Of a stretch of DNA of 64,000 bases, positions 21,301 through 29,612 are shown in pieces. The stretch's first letter is position 1. The number at the start of each line of letters is the position of its first letter. The DNA is from Ostreococcus lucimarinus (Eukaryota). Location: assembly GCA_000092065.1 (NCBI GenBank), contig CP000588.1. The stretch is one strand, 5' to 3'. Under the pieces are notes generated by a model. The model was not told the DNA's origin, did not search any database, and saw only the letters and a list, made by a program, of their open reading frames with translations. The translations under genes and the position numbers were made by a program.

Positions 21301-22046
21301 ACGTCACTTCCGATGCTGGTTGGCTACACACCGCACTGAGCACGATGAATTTGATGCAGATGATTATGCAGGGTAGAATGATTACCGATTCTTCGTTGTT
21401 GACGCTTCCGCACATCGAACGCAGACACTTGAGAAACCTTGAGAAACACGGCTTGTCTATTTTACCTCAGTTGATGGATCTATGCTCTTCCAACAAGCAA
21501 CAGGCGCGTCGAGTTCTCTCAGAATGTGGTATCAACGGTCGTAAAATTGATCAAGTCGTCGATTTATGTCTGAGACTTCCGGTGATTGACGCCAAGGCGA
21601 CGACGGAGACGACCAAAGGCATCAATGGTGAGAAGACGGTACACGTAAAGCTTCGACGTATCGGCAAGAAATGCGGTTCGAAGGCACCGACGTCGTATAC
21701 ACCGCGCTTTCCGAAAATAAAAGAAGAAGGTTGGTGGATAGTCGTTGGAGACACCGCGAATGATGAACTGTTGGCGCTGAGACGAATATCGTTTGGTGAT
21801 GCTGCTAACGTCAAGCTGAAATGTCCATCCGGCTCGTCTTCACGCGCACGCCCCGATTTGGTGGTGTTTTTGATGTCTGACTCATACATCGGACTTGATC
21901 AAGAAGTCAAGATTGACTCAAACACGATGGTTGATGAAGATTCGAGCGATGAATTTGCTGAAGACGACGATACATTTTGGGCTTTGCCCCCTGACTCGAC
22001 TGAGCCTTTCTGGCTAGGTGAAGGTGAAAACACGCTACTAACGTGA
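15384..22046 (+). CDS. BRR2: U5 snRNP 200-kDa helicase Brr2 (tandem Ski2-like helicase cassettes with Sec63 units)
   Basis: 2220 aa in one exon. Cassette 1: ..LLVCAPTGAGKTNIAM..DEVHLLNDERGPV..SATLPN..; cassette 2: ..VLLGAPTGSGKTISAEL..IDEIHLLASDRGPI... Sec63 regions follow each cassette. The spliceosomal N-terminal region is present. Confidence 0.95.
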   Translation: MATTHAVAPRLTTFLRAARGLDDVVDVDAERARRNETLRTTTRRDATTDDTPSVRLARRVLRCEDGREAKDVVKTCRAFVSVVVRMLGSDTMTETESGDAAASAWDAASGFVEVIANERRAVESERGYVADHETARKIFEVREREVRKDMMEALRGALGPVEANAPTVREFESLVEDLLRMRGEFDEFHTLQSTLDAEPTTSGRIFGQNIKFKRAGDAQPSDRIRDLKRAMKTNLSEASEAERLRIESERMAHPDERMSGFGEPEHVESDATTQLTWLKRQCEGFVANSAHALDQTWEAVAGTVGRAIMNASSSDDECAAELYEYLGDYGFELIAGVVERRTVLTSAIKNRAQLLRDALNAQSGADRAGPSITRVVTITSTLDKQLEKARRKEERKANRKLASGSGASIMEWLQAVGVGFDALCEGDWENQQAPSSSSNPDDILAGLRGLGRGMDGGRKALPPGTTRIVHPEGYEEISVPAREPDPVAAGERSVAIEELDEWAQPAFQGIRMLNRIQSKIFPQAYHTNENLLVCAPTGAGKTNIAMLTVLHEIGLHIDENGDYLPEDFKIVYVAPMKALAAEVTDAFSRRLAPLDIVVAELTGDTQMSKRELEETQMIVTTPEKWDVITRKGGEVSVASTLRLLIIDEVHLLNDERGPVIETLVARTLRQVEQTQSMIRIVGLSATLPNPVDVARFLGVNNDAGLFVFDQSYRPIPLTQKFIGVTEKNSMKRQTLMAQIAYNKACEALRNGKQAMVFVHSRKDTVKTAKQLAEFAAAQDGMELFSNNQHERKAEFAQQVSRSRNNELKDLFLKGLGCHNAGMLRADRSLTEKLFAAGLIKVLVCTATLAWGVNLPAHIVVIKGTQLYDPQRGGFRNLGVLDVQQIFGRAGRPGFDTSGEGVIVTEHKNLAHYVSMLTHSTPIESQFVSNLADNLNAEVTLGTVTNVREGAQWLGYSYLHTRMEKNPLAYGLTWDDIRLDPGLLDHRRKLIKEAARVLDRAKMIRFDERSGQLYQTEAGRTASHFYIRVNSMEVFDGLMHRHMTLPDIFHMISHSSEFENIVPREDEIPELETLRRNRRVVPIDIKASLTDKVGKVNLLLQVYISRASMQSFSLIADSMYISQNASRICRALFELCLRRGWPSLAEQLLTVSKSCDLRIWPHQHELRQFEKSLKPEVLFKLEEKKATLDRLWDMSASEIGSMLRLNTQIGGQVKSCMRAMPHLNMTAVVQPITRSVLRVSVTLTPEFEWRDAVHGALQRWLIWVEDPVNEHIYHSETFNLSKKQSRDGAQYLAFTIPIFEPVPPQYFLRAMSETWLGCESFVELNFQHLILPEEHPPHTELLDLDPLPRSALNNPVYESMYEGKFTHFNAIQTQAFHTLYHTDTNVLLGAPTGSGKTISAELSMMKVFRDSPGSKVVYIAPLKALVRERIKDWRKNLCPTLGLRMVELTGDYTPDLRALLQADIIVSTPEKWDGISRNWQSRAYVTKVALVVIDEIHLLASDRGPILEVIVSRMRYISARTGSNVRIVGLSTALANARDLGDWLGIDKEGLFNFRPSVRPVPLECHIQGFPGKFYCPRMMTMNKPTYAAIRTHSPEKPTLVFVSSRRQTRLTALDLIAYAAADERPDGFVHMSDDELTMHLSKVKDPALKHTLQFGIGLHHAGLTPEDRELCEELFAQCKIQVLVTTSTLAWGVNLPAHLVVIKGTEYFDGKTKRYQDFPITDVLQMMGRAGRPQFDKSGCCVILVHEPKKTFYKKFLYEPFPVESSLAENLCDHFNAEIVSGTIKTKQDAVDYLTWTYFFRRLLKNPTYYNLDTIQTDNLNEYLSDLVENALELLEDARCIAIDEEDDGLEPLMLGRVASYYYLQYPSVALFASNIKANSSLESLLETLCGVAEYDELPVRHNEDKLNTELAEVVADAGGFQVDIRLAEDPHVKTSLLFQCHFLRLPLPLSDYYTDTKSVLDQAIRILQAMIDVTSDAGWLHTALSTMNLMQMIMQGRMITDSSLLTLPHIERRHLRNLEKHGLSILPQLMDLCSSNKQQARRVLSECGINGRKIDQVVDLCLRLPVIDAKATTETTKGINGEKTVHVKLRRIGKKCGSKAPTSYTPRFPKIKEEGWWIVVGDTANDELLALRRISFGDAANVKLKCPSGSSSRARPDLVVFLMSDSYIGLDQEVKIDSNTMVDEDSSDEFAEDDDTFWALPPDSTEPFWLGEGENTLLT

Positions 22047-22093
22047 ACGCGAAGCGGCTTAGCATTAGAAACCTGTTATTACTCACTTTTAGT

Positions 22094-23740
22094 CTAGTAA
22101 TAGTCCACCAAATCGTGGGCGTCGACGAGATCGTCATTGTCAAATCCTTCTTCGCTCGTCGGTTGTCTGTACTTGAGCACCAAACCGACCATGTCTTTCA
22201 CAGATTTCGGAAGGTCATTGAACACTTTGATGTTTTTCGCTGTCATGTGAGGATGTCTGTACGCTTCACGAGGCGTTGGTTGGTACCAAGTCGACCCAGT
22301 GTCGATGAAAAGACATGCTTCCAGCATCGGCTCCAATGCATATGTGTCGTTGTCGTCGACGAAGAATCGAACGCCCTGGCGCTCGTCGTCGCTGTGCACA
22401 TTTCGATTGTCTGTACGCACTCCGCGTTTGTACTGCATCTCTTGCTCATCGGGCTTCGGCTTGGCTAGAACGATCATAAGTGCCTTGCATGGATCACCAC
22501 TCTCGCGCTCGGTTGCGTCATCGAGACTCCAAGTGCTCTCTGAGATGTCGATTGCCTGCCACGGCTCGTCGCCCTCGCTCTTTGGCCGCTTTCGCCAAAA
22601 CTCGCGAGCGATATCGAATTCCCCGGCGACCTTGACTTGAATACCTTTGGAGGTGATGTTTACCCCAATGTCATCCGATTCAATCCAGAAAGGTAACTCG
22701 AATTCTATGGTGACTTCGTCGTTTGATTCCTTTATTTCATACACCTGCGTCAAACAACGCGCATAATCAGGGTCACCCTCGAAGACTTTTTTCCACTCTT
22801 CACCAATCTTTGCCTTGCGTATTTCAAACATGACGAATCGTTTGTCTTCCGTTTGCATGACCTCGATCGGGTACCTCGTATCCACGGGATTGGCCAAAAC
22901 TCTGTCGACGACGGCGAGCGAATCCTCGGGTTGAATCAAAATCGAGCCCGCATTGAATTCGAAGTGTAATTCTTTATCGGCGTAACCTGTGGGTATGTTC
23001 ACCGCCACGTACACAGAACGCATCGTTTGTGCCCACATGTAATGCTGCGCCAGACGAATGTCGTACTTTTTCTTGTGACGTCCATCTGGGTGATACAACT
23101 CTGCCGCGACTTCCTTGAACGTGCGCGTCGCTTGCAATTCGTGATCCGTCCTATAATTGGGATCTTCGCGCATCGCTCGTTCGGCATCGTCGATTCGTTT
23201 CTTTTCAAGTTCCTTCTCTCCGAGTTCTTTCGCCATCTTTCCATCCACGCGCTGCACGGGCCAATGCAATCCCACCGCGCCCTTCCAGTGCATCTTTCGT
23301 TCGCAAAAGTCGCAAAACAGCGCCGTGCACACGAAGCACTCGCGCGTGCTCGGTCGTCCACACACCTCACACAGCGTCACCAACTGCGTCGCCGCGCACA
23401 CATTTTCCAACCCCAGCCGTTCTATGTCGTCCAGCAGCGCGTCCTCCCCCCCCGGCGCTCGCGGCGTCACTCCTCTGATGAACCTATACTTGTGCTCCTT
23501 CATCAGCGCGTCGTACGTCGACCGCGCCTTGACATCGCTCAAGCACTCGTACGCCTTTCGAACCGCCGCAAAACTCTCCGCGCTCCCGCCTTTATCCGGA
23601 TGACACTCCCGCGCCCGTTTCGCGAACGCTCGCTTGATCTCCGCCGCGCTCGCCGACGCCTCCACCCCTAGCGCGCGATAATGCGCATCGCCCATCAAGT
23701 CATCCACCGACGCCCACGCGCGCGCGGCGTCCACCACCAT
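22094..23740 (-). CDS. J-domain protein with an internal Cys-rich zinc finger and two CS/p23-like beta-sandwich regions. The track ORF extends on TTG to 23887.
   Basis: J domain ..HYRALGVEASASAAEIKRAFAKRARECHPDKGG..AAVRKAYECLSDVKARSTYD; zinc finger CEVCGRPSTRECFVCTALFCDFCERKMHWKG; p23/CS-like segments ..SILIQPEDSLAVVDRV.. and ..IEFELPFWIESDDIGVNITSKGIQVKV... Its stop lies 47 bp from the Brr2 stop. Confidence 0.7.
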   Translation of the reverse strand: MVVDAARAWASVDDLMGDAHYRALGVEASASAAEIKRAFAKRARECHPDKGGSAESFAAVRKAYECLSDVKARSTYDALMKEHKYRFIRGVTPRAPGGEDALLDDIERLGLENVCAATQLVTLCEVCGRPSTRECFVCTALFCDFCERKMHWKGAVGLHWPVQRVDGKMAKELGEKELEKKRIDDAERAMREDPNYRTDHELQATRTFKEVAAELYHPDGRHKKKYDIRLAQHYMWAQTMRSVYVAVNIPTGYADKELHFEFNAGSILIQPEDSLAVVDRVLANPVDTRYPIEVMQTEDKRFVMFEIRKAKIGEEWKKVFEGDPDYARCLTQVYEIKESNDEVTIEFELPFWIESDDIGVNITSKGIQVKVAGEFDIAREFWRKRPKSEGDEPWQAIDISESTWSLDDATERESGDPCKALMIVLAKPKPDEQEMQYKRGVRTDNRNVHSDDERQGVRFFVDDNDTYALEPMLEACLFIDTGSTWYQPTPREAYRHPHMTAKNIKVFNDLPKSVKDMVGLVLKYRQPTSEEGFDNDDLVDAHDLVDYY

Positions 23741-24015
23741 CGCGTCGCGCGCGTCGAATCGGCGCCTCTCCCGTCGAAAAAACCGACGCGTCGGTCCGCG
23801 TCGCGTCGGTCTCTGGCGCGTCGCCGCCCGCGCGGTCGCGCGAAAAGAAAACGAAAACGCACGCGCGATTGACCGTTTTTTTTTCAAAAAACCGTTTCAA
23901 AAATGCGTCAGAGAGTCGTTTGAATGCGCGCGTGCGAATGCGTCGCGCGTCGCGTCGAGTCGAACCGCGCGGACGCGTCGCGCGACCGCACTCGTCGACG
24001 ACGAAGCGTCGAGTC

Positions 24016-24050
<35 letters not shown>
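24016..24050. repeat. (GCGGGC)n hexanucleotide microsatellite immediately 5' of the FAM13-like gene ATG
   Basis: gcgggcgcgggcgcgggcgcgggcgcgggcgcg, about 5.5 units. Confidence 0.8.
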
Positions 24051-24051
<1 letters not shown>

Positions 24052-24617
24052 TGCGGTCGCGCGCGCTGCAGAGCCTGGAGAACGCGCGCGCGGTGCTCGA
24101 ACGCACGAACGAGACGTTGGGCAAGGCGGCGCGCGACCGCGGGAAGGAAAACGACGATGCGGCGCGCGAGGACGACGACGCGGGAGGCGCGATCGCGCTC
24201 GAGGTGGGTCTGAACGCGTTGCGCGTGAACGACGACGCGGACGACGCGAGACGCGCGCGGGGAGGCGCGGAAGGAGAGGAAACGTCGAGCGCGAGCGCGG
24301 AGGCGGCGCTTGACGCGTGCGTCGCGGACGTCGTCGATGACTGGTTGGGTGATCTCGATAGCGTCACCGCGGAGGTCGATCGCGTGAGTGGGTTGTCGCT
24401 GCAAACGCTGTACGCGTCTTTACGAGGAGATGAGGCGCTGGAGAAGTTGCGAGTAGACAAGAGCGCGTTGAAGCGTCGGTTGAGGCGATTCGACGTTCGC
24501 ATCTTGCGCACGACTGGGAGAAAGACGACGAGGGATGACAAGAAGCATTTGCGTCCGTTGTACGTGCGATTGGCGAAGATCAAAGACCTGATCGCCATTC
24601 GCGAGGCGGGAGGATAG
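24051..24617 (+). CDS. Small protein with a FAM13-like C-terminal domain
   Basis: 188 aa. ..LRVDKSALKRRLRRFDVRILRTTGRKTTRDDKKHLRPLYVRLAKIKDLI resembles the conserved FAM13 C-terminal motif (EK..LK..L..FE..F....GR....DR..M...Y..YK.IK). A (GCGGGC)n microsatellite lies just upstream. Confidence 0.45.
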
Positions 24618-24674
24618 CGCAAAGTAGAGGGACGATGAAGTAATATATTTTAGCGATAACAAGAGCGTGCGTAA

Positions 24675-25289
24675 TCATTCGTCGTTGCGCATTCCCGGCA
24701 CTCCATTCTCGAGATCCTCCAACCCGAGCGGTATCATCACCGCGTTTGCGCCAGTTGTATCCATTTTTGGCGTCTTGGGATTCTTCGGCAAATTCTCCCG
24801 AACGACGTCGCCAACGTTCCATTCGCTCAACAACTCTGCCACCGCATCCGTCTGTTCGATGTACTCCTCCTCGCTCAACGGGAAGCTCTTTTGGCCCAAA
24901 AACTTCCACATAATCTGTAAATAAATCTGGAGCTTATTGAAACGATCTCTTCGCTGACAAATTCGCGCGTCGTACAGGCGGCCGTAGCGCTTGAGTACCA
25001 TATTCCGCAACTCTTCCCCAGACATATCCCCGCCCCAGTTCAGCCCGTCCCCGGCGCTCGATCGCGACGACTTCCCGTCCATCTGATCCTCTAGCGCGCG
25101 CAAGAACGCGTCGTCGTCGTCGTCGTCCTCGTCGTTGACACGCGTGGCGTCACCGCTCGACGCACCAGCGCGCGCGATGACGACGACGTCAGCGCATCTC
25201 GACGGGCGTCGCGTCGCCCTGGCGCCGCGCCGCGCGCTAGACGTCGTCGACGCCGGCGTAAAACTTCGTGCGCACGTCGTGGAAAGCAT
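24675..25289 (-). CDS. Hypothetical organelle-targeted protein (poly-Asp linker plus conserved-looking C-terminal region)
   Basis: The track ORF (24675..25364) begins at an ATG that overlaps the Sel1 stop codon (ATGA). A more plausible start is MLSTTCARSFTPASTTSSARRGARATRR.. (transit-peptide-like). The C-terminus ..LRNMVLKRYGRLYDARICQRRDRFNKLQIYLQIMWKFLG.. is unidentified. Confidence 0.3.
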   Translation of the reverse strand: MLSTTCARSFTPASTTSSARRGARATRRPSRCADVVVIARAGASSGDATRVNDEDDDDDDAFLRALEDQMDGKSSRSSAGDGLNWGGDMSGEELRNMVLKRYGRLYDARICQRRDRFNKLQIYLQIMWKFLGQKSFPLSEEEYIEQTDAVAELLSEWNVGDVVRENLPKNPKTPKMDTTGANAVMIPLGLEDLENGVPGMRNDE

Positions 25290-25360
25290 CACTGCGTCCG
25301 CTCGCGCGTCGGAGTGTGGCGGGGTGTCGCTAAGATAGATGTTTAACACAAGTGCGGCGT

Positions 25361-27496
25361 TCATCGACTCGGAAGCATCGCGCGGTACGCGAGAACGCCG
25401 GCTAAAGCTAAGCTGAGTCCAAACAATACGTAGCGCTCGATGACTTCGATCAATCGAAGGATTCGCACGGCCATAAAGCCGCGCACGGTGGAGAAGTTAA
25501 GCTTCGGCGTCGGCAGAGCGCTGAAATGCTCGGCGGGTAAGCCGAGCGAACCAAAGCTCAACGATCGGCTAGCCGCGGCGGCGAAGAGCCAGAATTTGGT
25601 CATTACGATCGCAAAAACGCATGGTGTAGCTTCGTACGAGGTCTCCGAGGCTGCTGCACCCGCAGCAAACAGTTCAAGGCTTCGACTCGCGTTGATTGCG
25701 ACGCCGCGACCGAACAAATGCGCCCAACCAAGATTTACCAACGCCTCTGCGTACGGCTTTTCGCCGAATGCGGCGACCGACAAATGCCCTGTGGCGGCAA
25801 TTTCATAAGTCGAGGCGTTTGGGACGAGTTGATCGTAGTGATCTTTCAGATCAAACGTCAAGTCTGGTCGCACTTTGCGCTCCGACAGCAAGCCCGCTAA
25901 ATCCACTCGAGCCTCGGGGGACGCGTAGCAGTAAATAATCTCGCGAAGCATGCGCGCGGCGAGTTCAAACTTGTTCTCACTCGTGTACGCGTCAGTTTTG
26001 CGCAATAACCACGCCACGTTATTCGCGGCGGATTCACTTCCGAGTGACGACACGAGTGCGTATCGAACGAGAGCGCCCCAAGGATTCTGGTGAAGCAAAA
26101 CTTCTTCGATGGCCTCATTTCGATGCTCAGCCCAGTTGAAGCGTTCCTCGATGAAAATGTGAAAGTATCTCGCGGCTTTCGTCACATTCTTTTCCACGAC
26201 TTCGCCGAGAGCGTAAACCATTCCGAGCTCGTAGGGCGCTCGCCAATGTCCGAGTTCGCTCGCCTTTTCCATGATTTCCAAACCGTACGTCGCATTTGCC
26301 TCAACGCCGTGACCGGCGGTGTACATTTGTGCGAGATTGAAATAACCATCGGGATCTTCCAATTTTGATGCTGCTGTGAAATAAAGCATCGCTTCAGTGT
26401 AGTTTTGCTCACTCGCCAAACCGTTGAATGCGAGAACGCCCAAACCGTTGTACGCCGGCGCGATTTGGCCCTTGGATATTGCGCGCAAGAATTCTTCGCG
26501 CGCGGCGGTGTAATTTTTCTCTGTACCCATACCGTTCATGTACATGAATCCCAGGTTGTAGTGTGCTTCAGGCAGTCCCCCACCGCGTCGACGCGCAGCT
26601 TCCACGAAGTGTTCAAACGCGGCTCTCTCGTTCTGTTCGACGCCTCGCCCACCAACGAGCGCTCGGTATCCCAACTGCGCATGCGCCCCATCATCTCCTC
26701 GCGCTGCTGCATCGATTTCCATGGCCACTTGATCTGCTGCTTTCGCCGCGATACTCTCGGAATACCAGCCGGCGTCTCGATCCCGATCGCGCAACCACTC
26801 GGCGCCGCTCGGTGCTTCGAGCTCGTACGTCGTCGGGCCTCTCCCTAAACCAGTCGTCGCCACATCGCGCAACATCGACAACGCTCGCTCCTCGTCTTTT
26901 TCCACGCCATCGAATCCTTTCCATAACCTAAATCCAAGCGCAGTGCGCGCCCAATCGTCCCCCATGAGCGCAGCTCGCTGCAGAGCCGACTGGTACCACG
27001 TCTCGCTTCCAGTCTCCGTCAACCTCTCAAACGCGCCGTAGTCATCCTCACCGCTCGCTGTCTCCCCCACGAACGCGTCCTCGTCGACCAGTCCCACTTT
27101 ACCGAGCGCGCTGAGCGCGTAAAGCGCCTCGCGCGCGGCAATCCATCGATCTCGTTCGTCTGCGCCTTCGATATCATCCTCCGCGAGCGCCTGCTCGACG
27201 GTGCCCGATCCCACAGTCAACGCTTTCTCGCGCAACTCACGCAACGTCGGCGCGTGTCGAGCCTGATTCGCGAGTTTCACGAAAGCATCTTTAACCAACG
27301 GTGCGGTGTGCGTCGGTTGCGCGATGAGTTGCTCGAGCGCGCGCGCGTGGTCGTCTAAAATCGCCGAAGATTCCGAGTGCTGCACTTCGTCATCGTCGCC
27401 GGCACGCGCGCTCGCGACGAGTGCGGCGACGATCACGACGACGTGGTGCCACGGCGTTTTCTTGCGCACGCGCGCGCGCGCGATCGCTCGCCGCAT
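25361..27496 (-). CDS. HRD3: SEL1L/Hrd3-type Sel1-repeat protein (ERAD adaptor-like) with a signal peptide and a C-terminal TM anchor
   Basis: 711 aa. N-terminal ..HHVVVIVAALVASARA; many Sel1 repeats (..AHYNLGFMYMNGMGTEKNYTAAREEF.., ..YNGLGVLAFNGLASEQNYTEAMLYF.., ..YFNLAQMYTAGHGVEANATYGLEIMEKA..); C-terminal TM ..YVLFGLSLALAGVLAY. Confidence 0.7.
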   Translation of the reverse strand: MRRAIARARVRKKTPWHHVVVIVAALVASARAGDDDEVQHSESSAILDDHARALEQLIAQPTHTAPLVKDAFVKLANQARHAPTLRELREKALTVGSGTVEQALAEDDIEGADERDRWIAAREALYALSALGKVGLVDEDAFVGETASGEDDYGAFERLTETGSETWYQSALQRAALMGDDWARTALGFRLWKGFDGVEKDEERALSMLRDVATTGLGRGPTTYELEAPSGAEWLRDRDRDAGWYSESIAAKAADQVAMEIDAAARGDDGAHAQLGYRALVGGRGVEQNERAAFEHFVEAARRRGGGLPEAHYNLGFMYMNGMGTEKNYTAAREEFLRAISKGQIAPAYNGLGVLAFNGLASEQNYTEAMLYFTAASKLEDPDGYFNLAQMYTAGHGVEANATYGLEIMEKASELGHWRAPYELGMVYALGEVVEKNVTKAARYFHIFIEERFNWAEHRNEAIEEVLLHQNPWGALVRYALVSSLGSESAANNVAWLLRKTDAYTSENKFELAARMLREIIYCYASPEARVDLAGLLSERKVRPDLTFDLKDHYDQLVPNASTYEIAATGHLSVAAFGEKPYAEALVNLGWAHLFGRGVAINASRSLELFAAGAAASETSYEATPCVFAIVMTKFWLFAAAASRSLSFGSLGLPAEHFSALPTPKLNFSTVRGFMAVRILRLIEVIERYVLFGLSLALAGVLAYRAMLPSR

Positions 27497-27691
27497 CGCG
27501 CACGTGTGCGCGTGTCGCTTTGCGGCTCGCCCGTGGATGTTCGCGCGGGATATCGTGGCGTGTCGCTTGAAGCAACTTGCTTTGTTTATTCGTGCAATGT
27601 GCGTAATTACAACGAGCGCGTGGTTGCGGGCTATACCGTTTTGCTTTTGTTTGCTTGCGTTGACGTCGTTCGCGTCTGCGAGACGGCGCGC

Positions 27692-29515
27692 TTATTCTTC
27701 TTCCTCGCGTTTTTCTTCCTCGGCTTCGACATCCGCTTCCGGTTGCTCGATCTCGGGCTCCGCCGTAGCCTCGACTTCGTCTTCCTGCTCTTCAGCTTCT
27801 TCCACTTCTTGGTCGCCTTCTGCCTCCGGAACAGACATCTCGGCGAGCGTCGGGAGTTCGATGGTCATCGGAGATTCGTCCTCTTCCTCTTCGACGTCCA
27901 TCACAGCGGACGAAGCCGCTCGACCAACTGTGGCAACTGCAGGAGTGAAAACCTTTGAAGCATCCGCAAACAACTCCCCGGGAGATTCATAGCTCGTCAG
28001 CTTGTTGTAGAGCGACCAAAAGAGACCTAAGAAACCAATGAAGGCCAAAGTCTTTTCCCATTCGACCGCTGCGTACGCCAATGCGACGAAACCAACCGCG
28101 ACGGCGCCTTTCTGCACCGGAGTCGACGTCTTGTAACCGGACGAGACGGTAGCCCTCACGGTACCCACTCGCGTTTGAACAAACTGCGAGCCCGATCGCG
28201 CCAACTCGGCCGTCTCTTCGCTCGCCTTATCGAGGATGTTCTTGTCATACGACGGGTTACGACGAATTTTTAAGCCAGTCGATCTCCACGCGTCAAAGTT
28301 ACCTTCCACCGTGAAGCACTTGCGTCCACCCATCGCGGTCACAACCTTTGCGAGCGCCGCCGCATCCGGACCCATAAAGTAGATTTGTGCACCACGTTTG
28401 GTGAGCTTCAGCACGCGCTCGCCGGCGATTTGCAACTCAACCTCACGCGGGTTCGCAGTGACTCGTCGAGTGAGAGCGTCCAATTCCTCCACGGGAACCG
28501 CGGCACCCTTGTCGCGCGCACCCTTTCTTAAATCCGGAACCCCGTCCACTTTGCGATCTTCGAACGAGCGAGTATCGATGAGGAATGCTCGTTTGTTCTT
28601 TTCGAGCTCGTCGTTGATAAACGCCGGCCGTCTCGTGCCGGCGTAGCCGCGAGCCTTGTTCACCGCCCCGCCGGCGAGCGTCGGCACGAAGAGCGCAAAG
28701 ACGCCGAGCGCAATGGCGACATCGGTGTCTTCCTTGGCCAAGTCTACAAGCTTGGCAAACTCGTCGGGCAGCACGCCCTTGAAGGCACTAAACGCACCCT
28801 GAATGCTATCGTTCACGCTCGTCGTCACGCCAGACTGAAGCGCGTTTGCCGCGTCCGTCGCGCCCTTGAGCTGCACATCGAGCGAGGCTTTACCCGCGCT
28901 CAGCGCGTCGGTCGCGCCCTTGAGCTGCACATCGAGCGAGGCTTTACCCGCATTCATCGCGCTCGTCGCACCCTTGAGCTGCCCGTCGAGCGAGGCTTTA
29001 CCCGCGTTCATCGCGTTCGTGGCGCCACTGAAATCAATCTCCGGCACCTCAACCTGCGCGTCGAATTTCGGCAGCTCTGGCGTCTTAAACGCCCCCACGT
29101 CCACGCTCGGCGCTTCGAACTTCGGCGCTTCGGGAAGTTTAAATTCACCCATCTTCGCCTTAAAGTCCGGAATCTCAACGTTTTCCATCCCCTCCGGCGC
29201 CTTGAACGCGCTCGCGAAGTCCCCGCTCTTGAGCTTATCCATCCCGCCCGCCACGACGTCCCCGAGGTCCTCCGCCGCGTCCCCCACGACGTCCATCGCG
29301 CGCGTCGCCGCCGCGTTCGTCCCGTCCGCGACGTCCACGACGTCCGCGATCGTCTCGCCCGCGTCGCCCGTCGCCCGCGTTCGCGTCGTCCGCGCGCCGC
29401 GCGCCGTCGTCGTCGCGCGCGCGCGTCCGATCGCGCGTCCGCGGTCCGCGCTCGCGCGTCCACACCGCGTCGCGCGTCCCGTTCGCGCGGTCGCCGCGGA
29501 CGCCATCGCGCGCAT
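27692..29515 (-). CDS. Plastid-targeted rhodanese-domain membrane protein with 18-aa tandem repeats and an acidic tail (TROL/CaS-like class)
   Basis: 607 aa. Ala/Arg/Thr-rich transit peptide; 18-aa repeats GATNAMNAGKASLDGQLK / GATSAMNAGKASLDVQLK / GATDALSAGKASLDVQLK; rhodanese-like ..ELDALTRRVTANPRE..GAQIYFMGPDAAALAKVVTAMGGRKCFTVEGNFDAWRSTG..; TM ..AVAVGFVALAYAAVEW..FIGFLGLFWSLY; Glu-rich C-terminus. Confidence 0.55.
   Translation of the reverse strand: MRAMASAATARTGRATRCGRASADRGRAIGRARATTTARGARTTRTRATGDAGETIADVVDVADGTNAAATRAMDVVGDAAEDLGDVVAGGMDKLKSGDFASAFKAPEGMENVEIPDFKAKMGEFKLPEAPKFEAPSVDVGAFKTPELPKFDAQVEVPEIDFSGATNAMNAGKASLDGQLKGATSAMNAGKASLDVQLKGATDALSAGKASLDVQLKGATDAANALQSGVTTSVNDSIQGAFSAFKGVLPDEFAKLVDLAKEDTDVAIALGVFALFVPTLAGGAVNKARGYAGTRRPAFINDELEKNKRAFLIDTRSFEDRKVDGVPDLRKGARDKGAAVPVEELDALTRRVTANPREVELQIAGERVLKLTKRGAQIYFMGPDAAALAKVVTAMGGRKCFTVEGNFDAWRSTGLKIRRNPSYDKNILDKASEETAELARSGSQFVQTRVGTVRATVSSGYKTSTPVQKGAVAVGFVALAYAAVEWEKTLAFIGFLGLFWSLYNKLTSYESPGELFADASKVFTPAVATVGRAASSAVMDVEEEEDESPMTIELPTLAEMSVPEAEGDQEVEEAEEQEDEVEATAEPEIEQPEADVEAEEEKREEEE
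28845..29010. repeat. 54-bp tandem repeat (about 3.3 units) inside the coding sequence. It encodes the 18-aa GAT(N/S/D)A(M/L)(N/S)AGKASLD(G/V)QLK repeats.
   Basis: The unit gcccttgagctgcacatcgagcgaggctttacccgc(g/a)(c/t)tca(g/t)cgcg(t/c)(c/t)cgt(c/g)g recurs with a 54-nt period (cccttgag at 28864, 28917 and 28971). Confidence 0.8.
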
Positions 29516-29612
29516 TGTCGCCGTCGCCGTCGTCGCGCCCGCGACTCGCGCGCGTTCGTCGCGCGCGCGTGTGCGATCGGTCGACGTCGACCGGCGGACG
29601 GATGGACCGTTC

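Noticed and set aside
25361-25364. ATGA stop/start overlap between the Sel1-repeat gene and the downstream 229-aa ORF, resembling prokaryotic translational coupling
   Set aside because: The context is eukaryotic nuclear (spliceosomal introns, transit peptides, Brr2, cyclin L). The downstream gene more plausibly initiates at an internal Met (MLSTTCARS..), with the overlapping ATG lying in the Sel1 3' UTR.
28845-29010. Regularly spaced near-identical 54-bp repeats that could be mistaken for a CRISPR-like array
   Set aside because: There are no unique spacers. The repeats are in frame within a long codon-biased ORF and encode 18-aa protein repeats.
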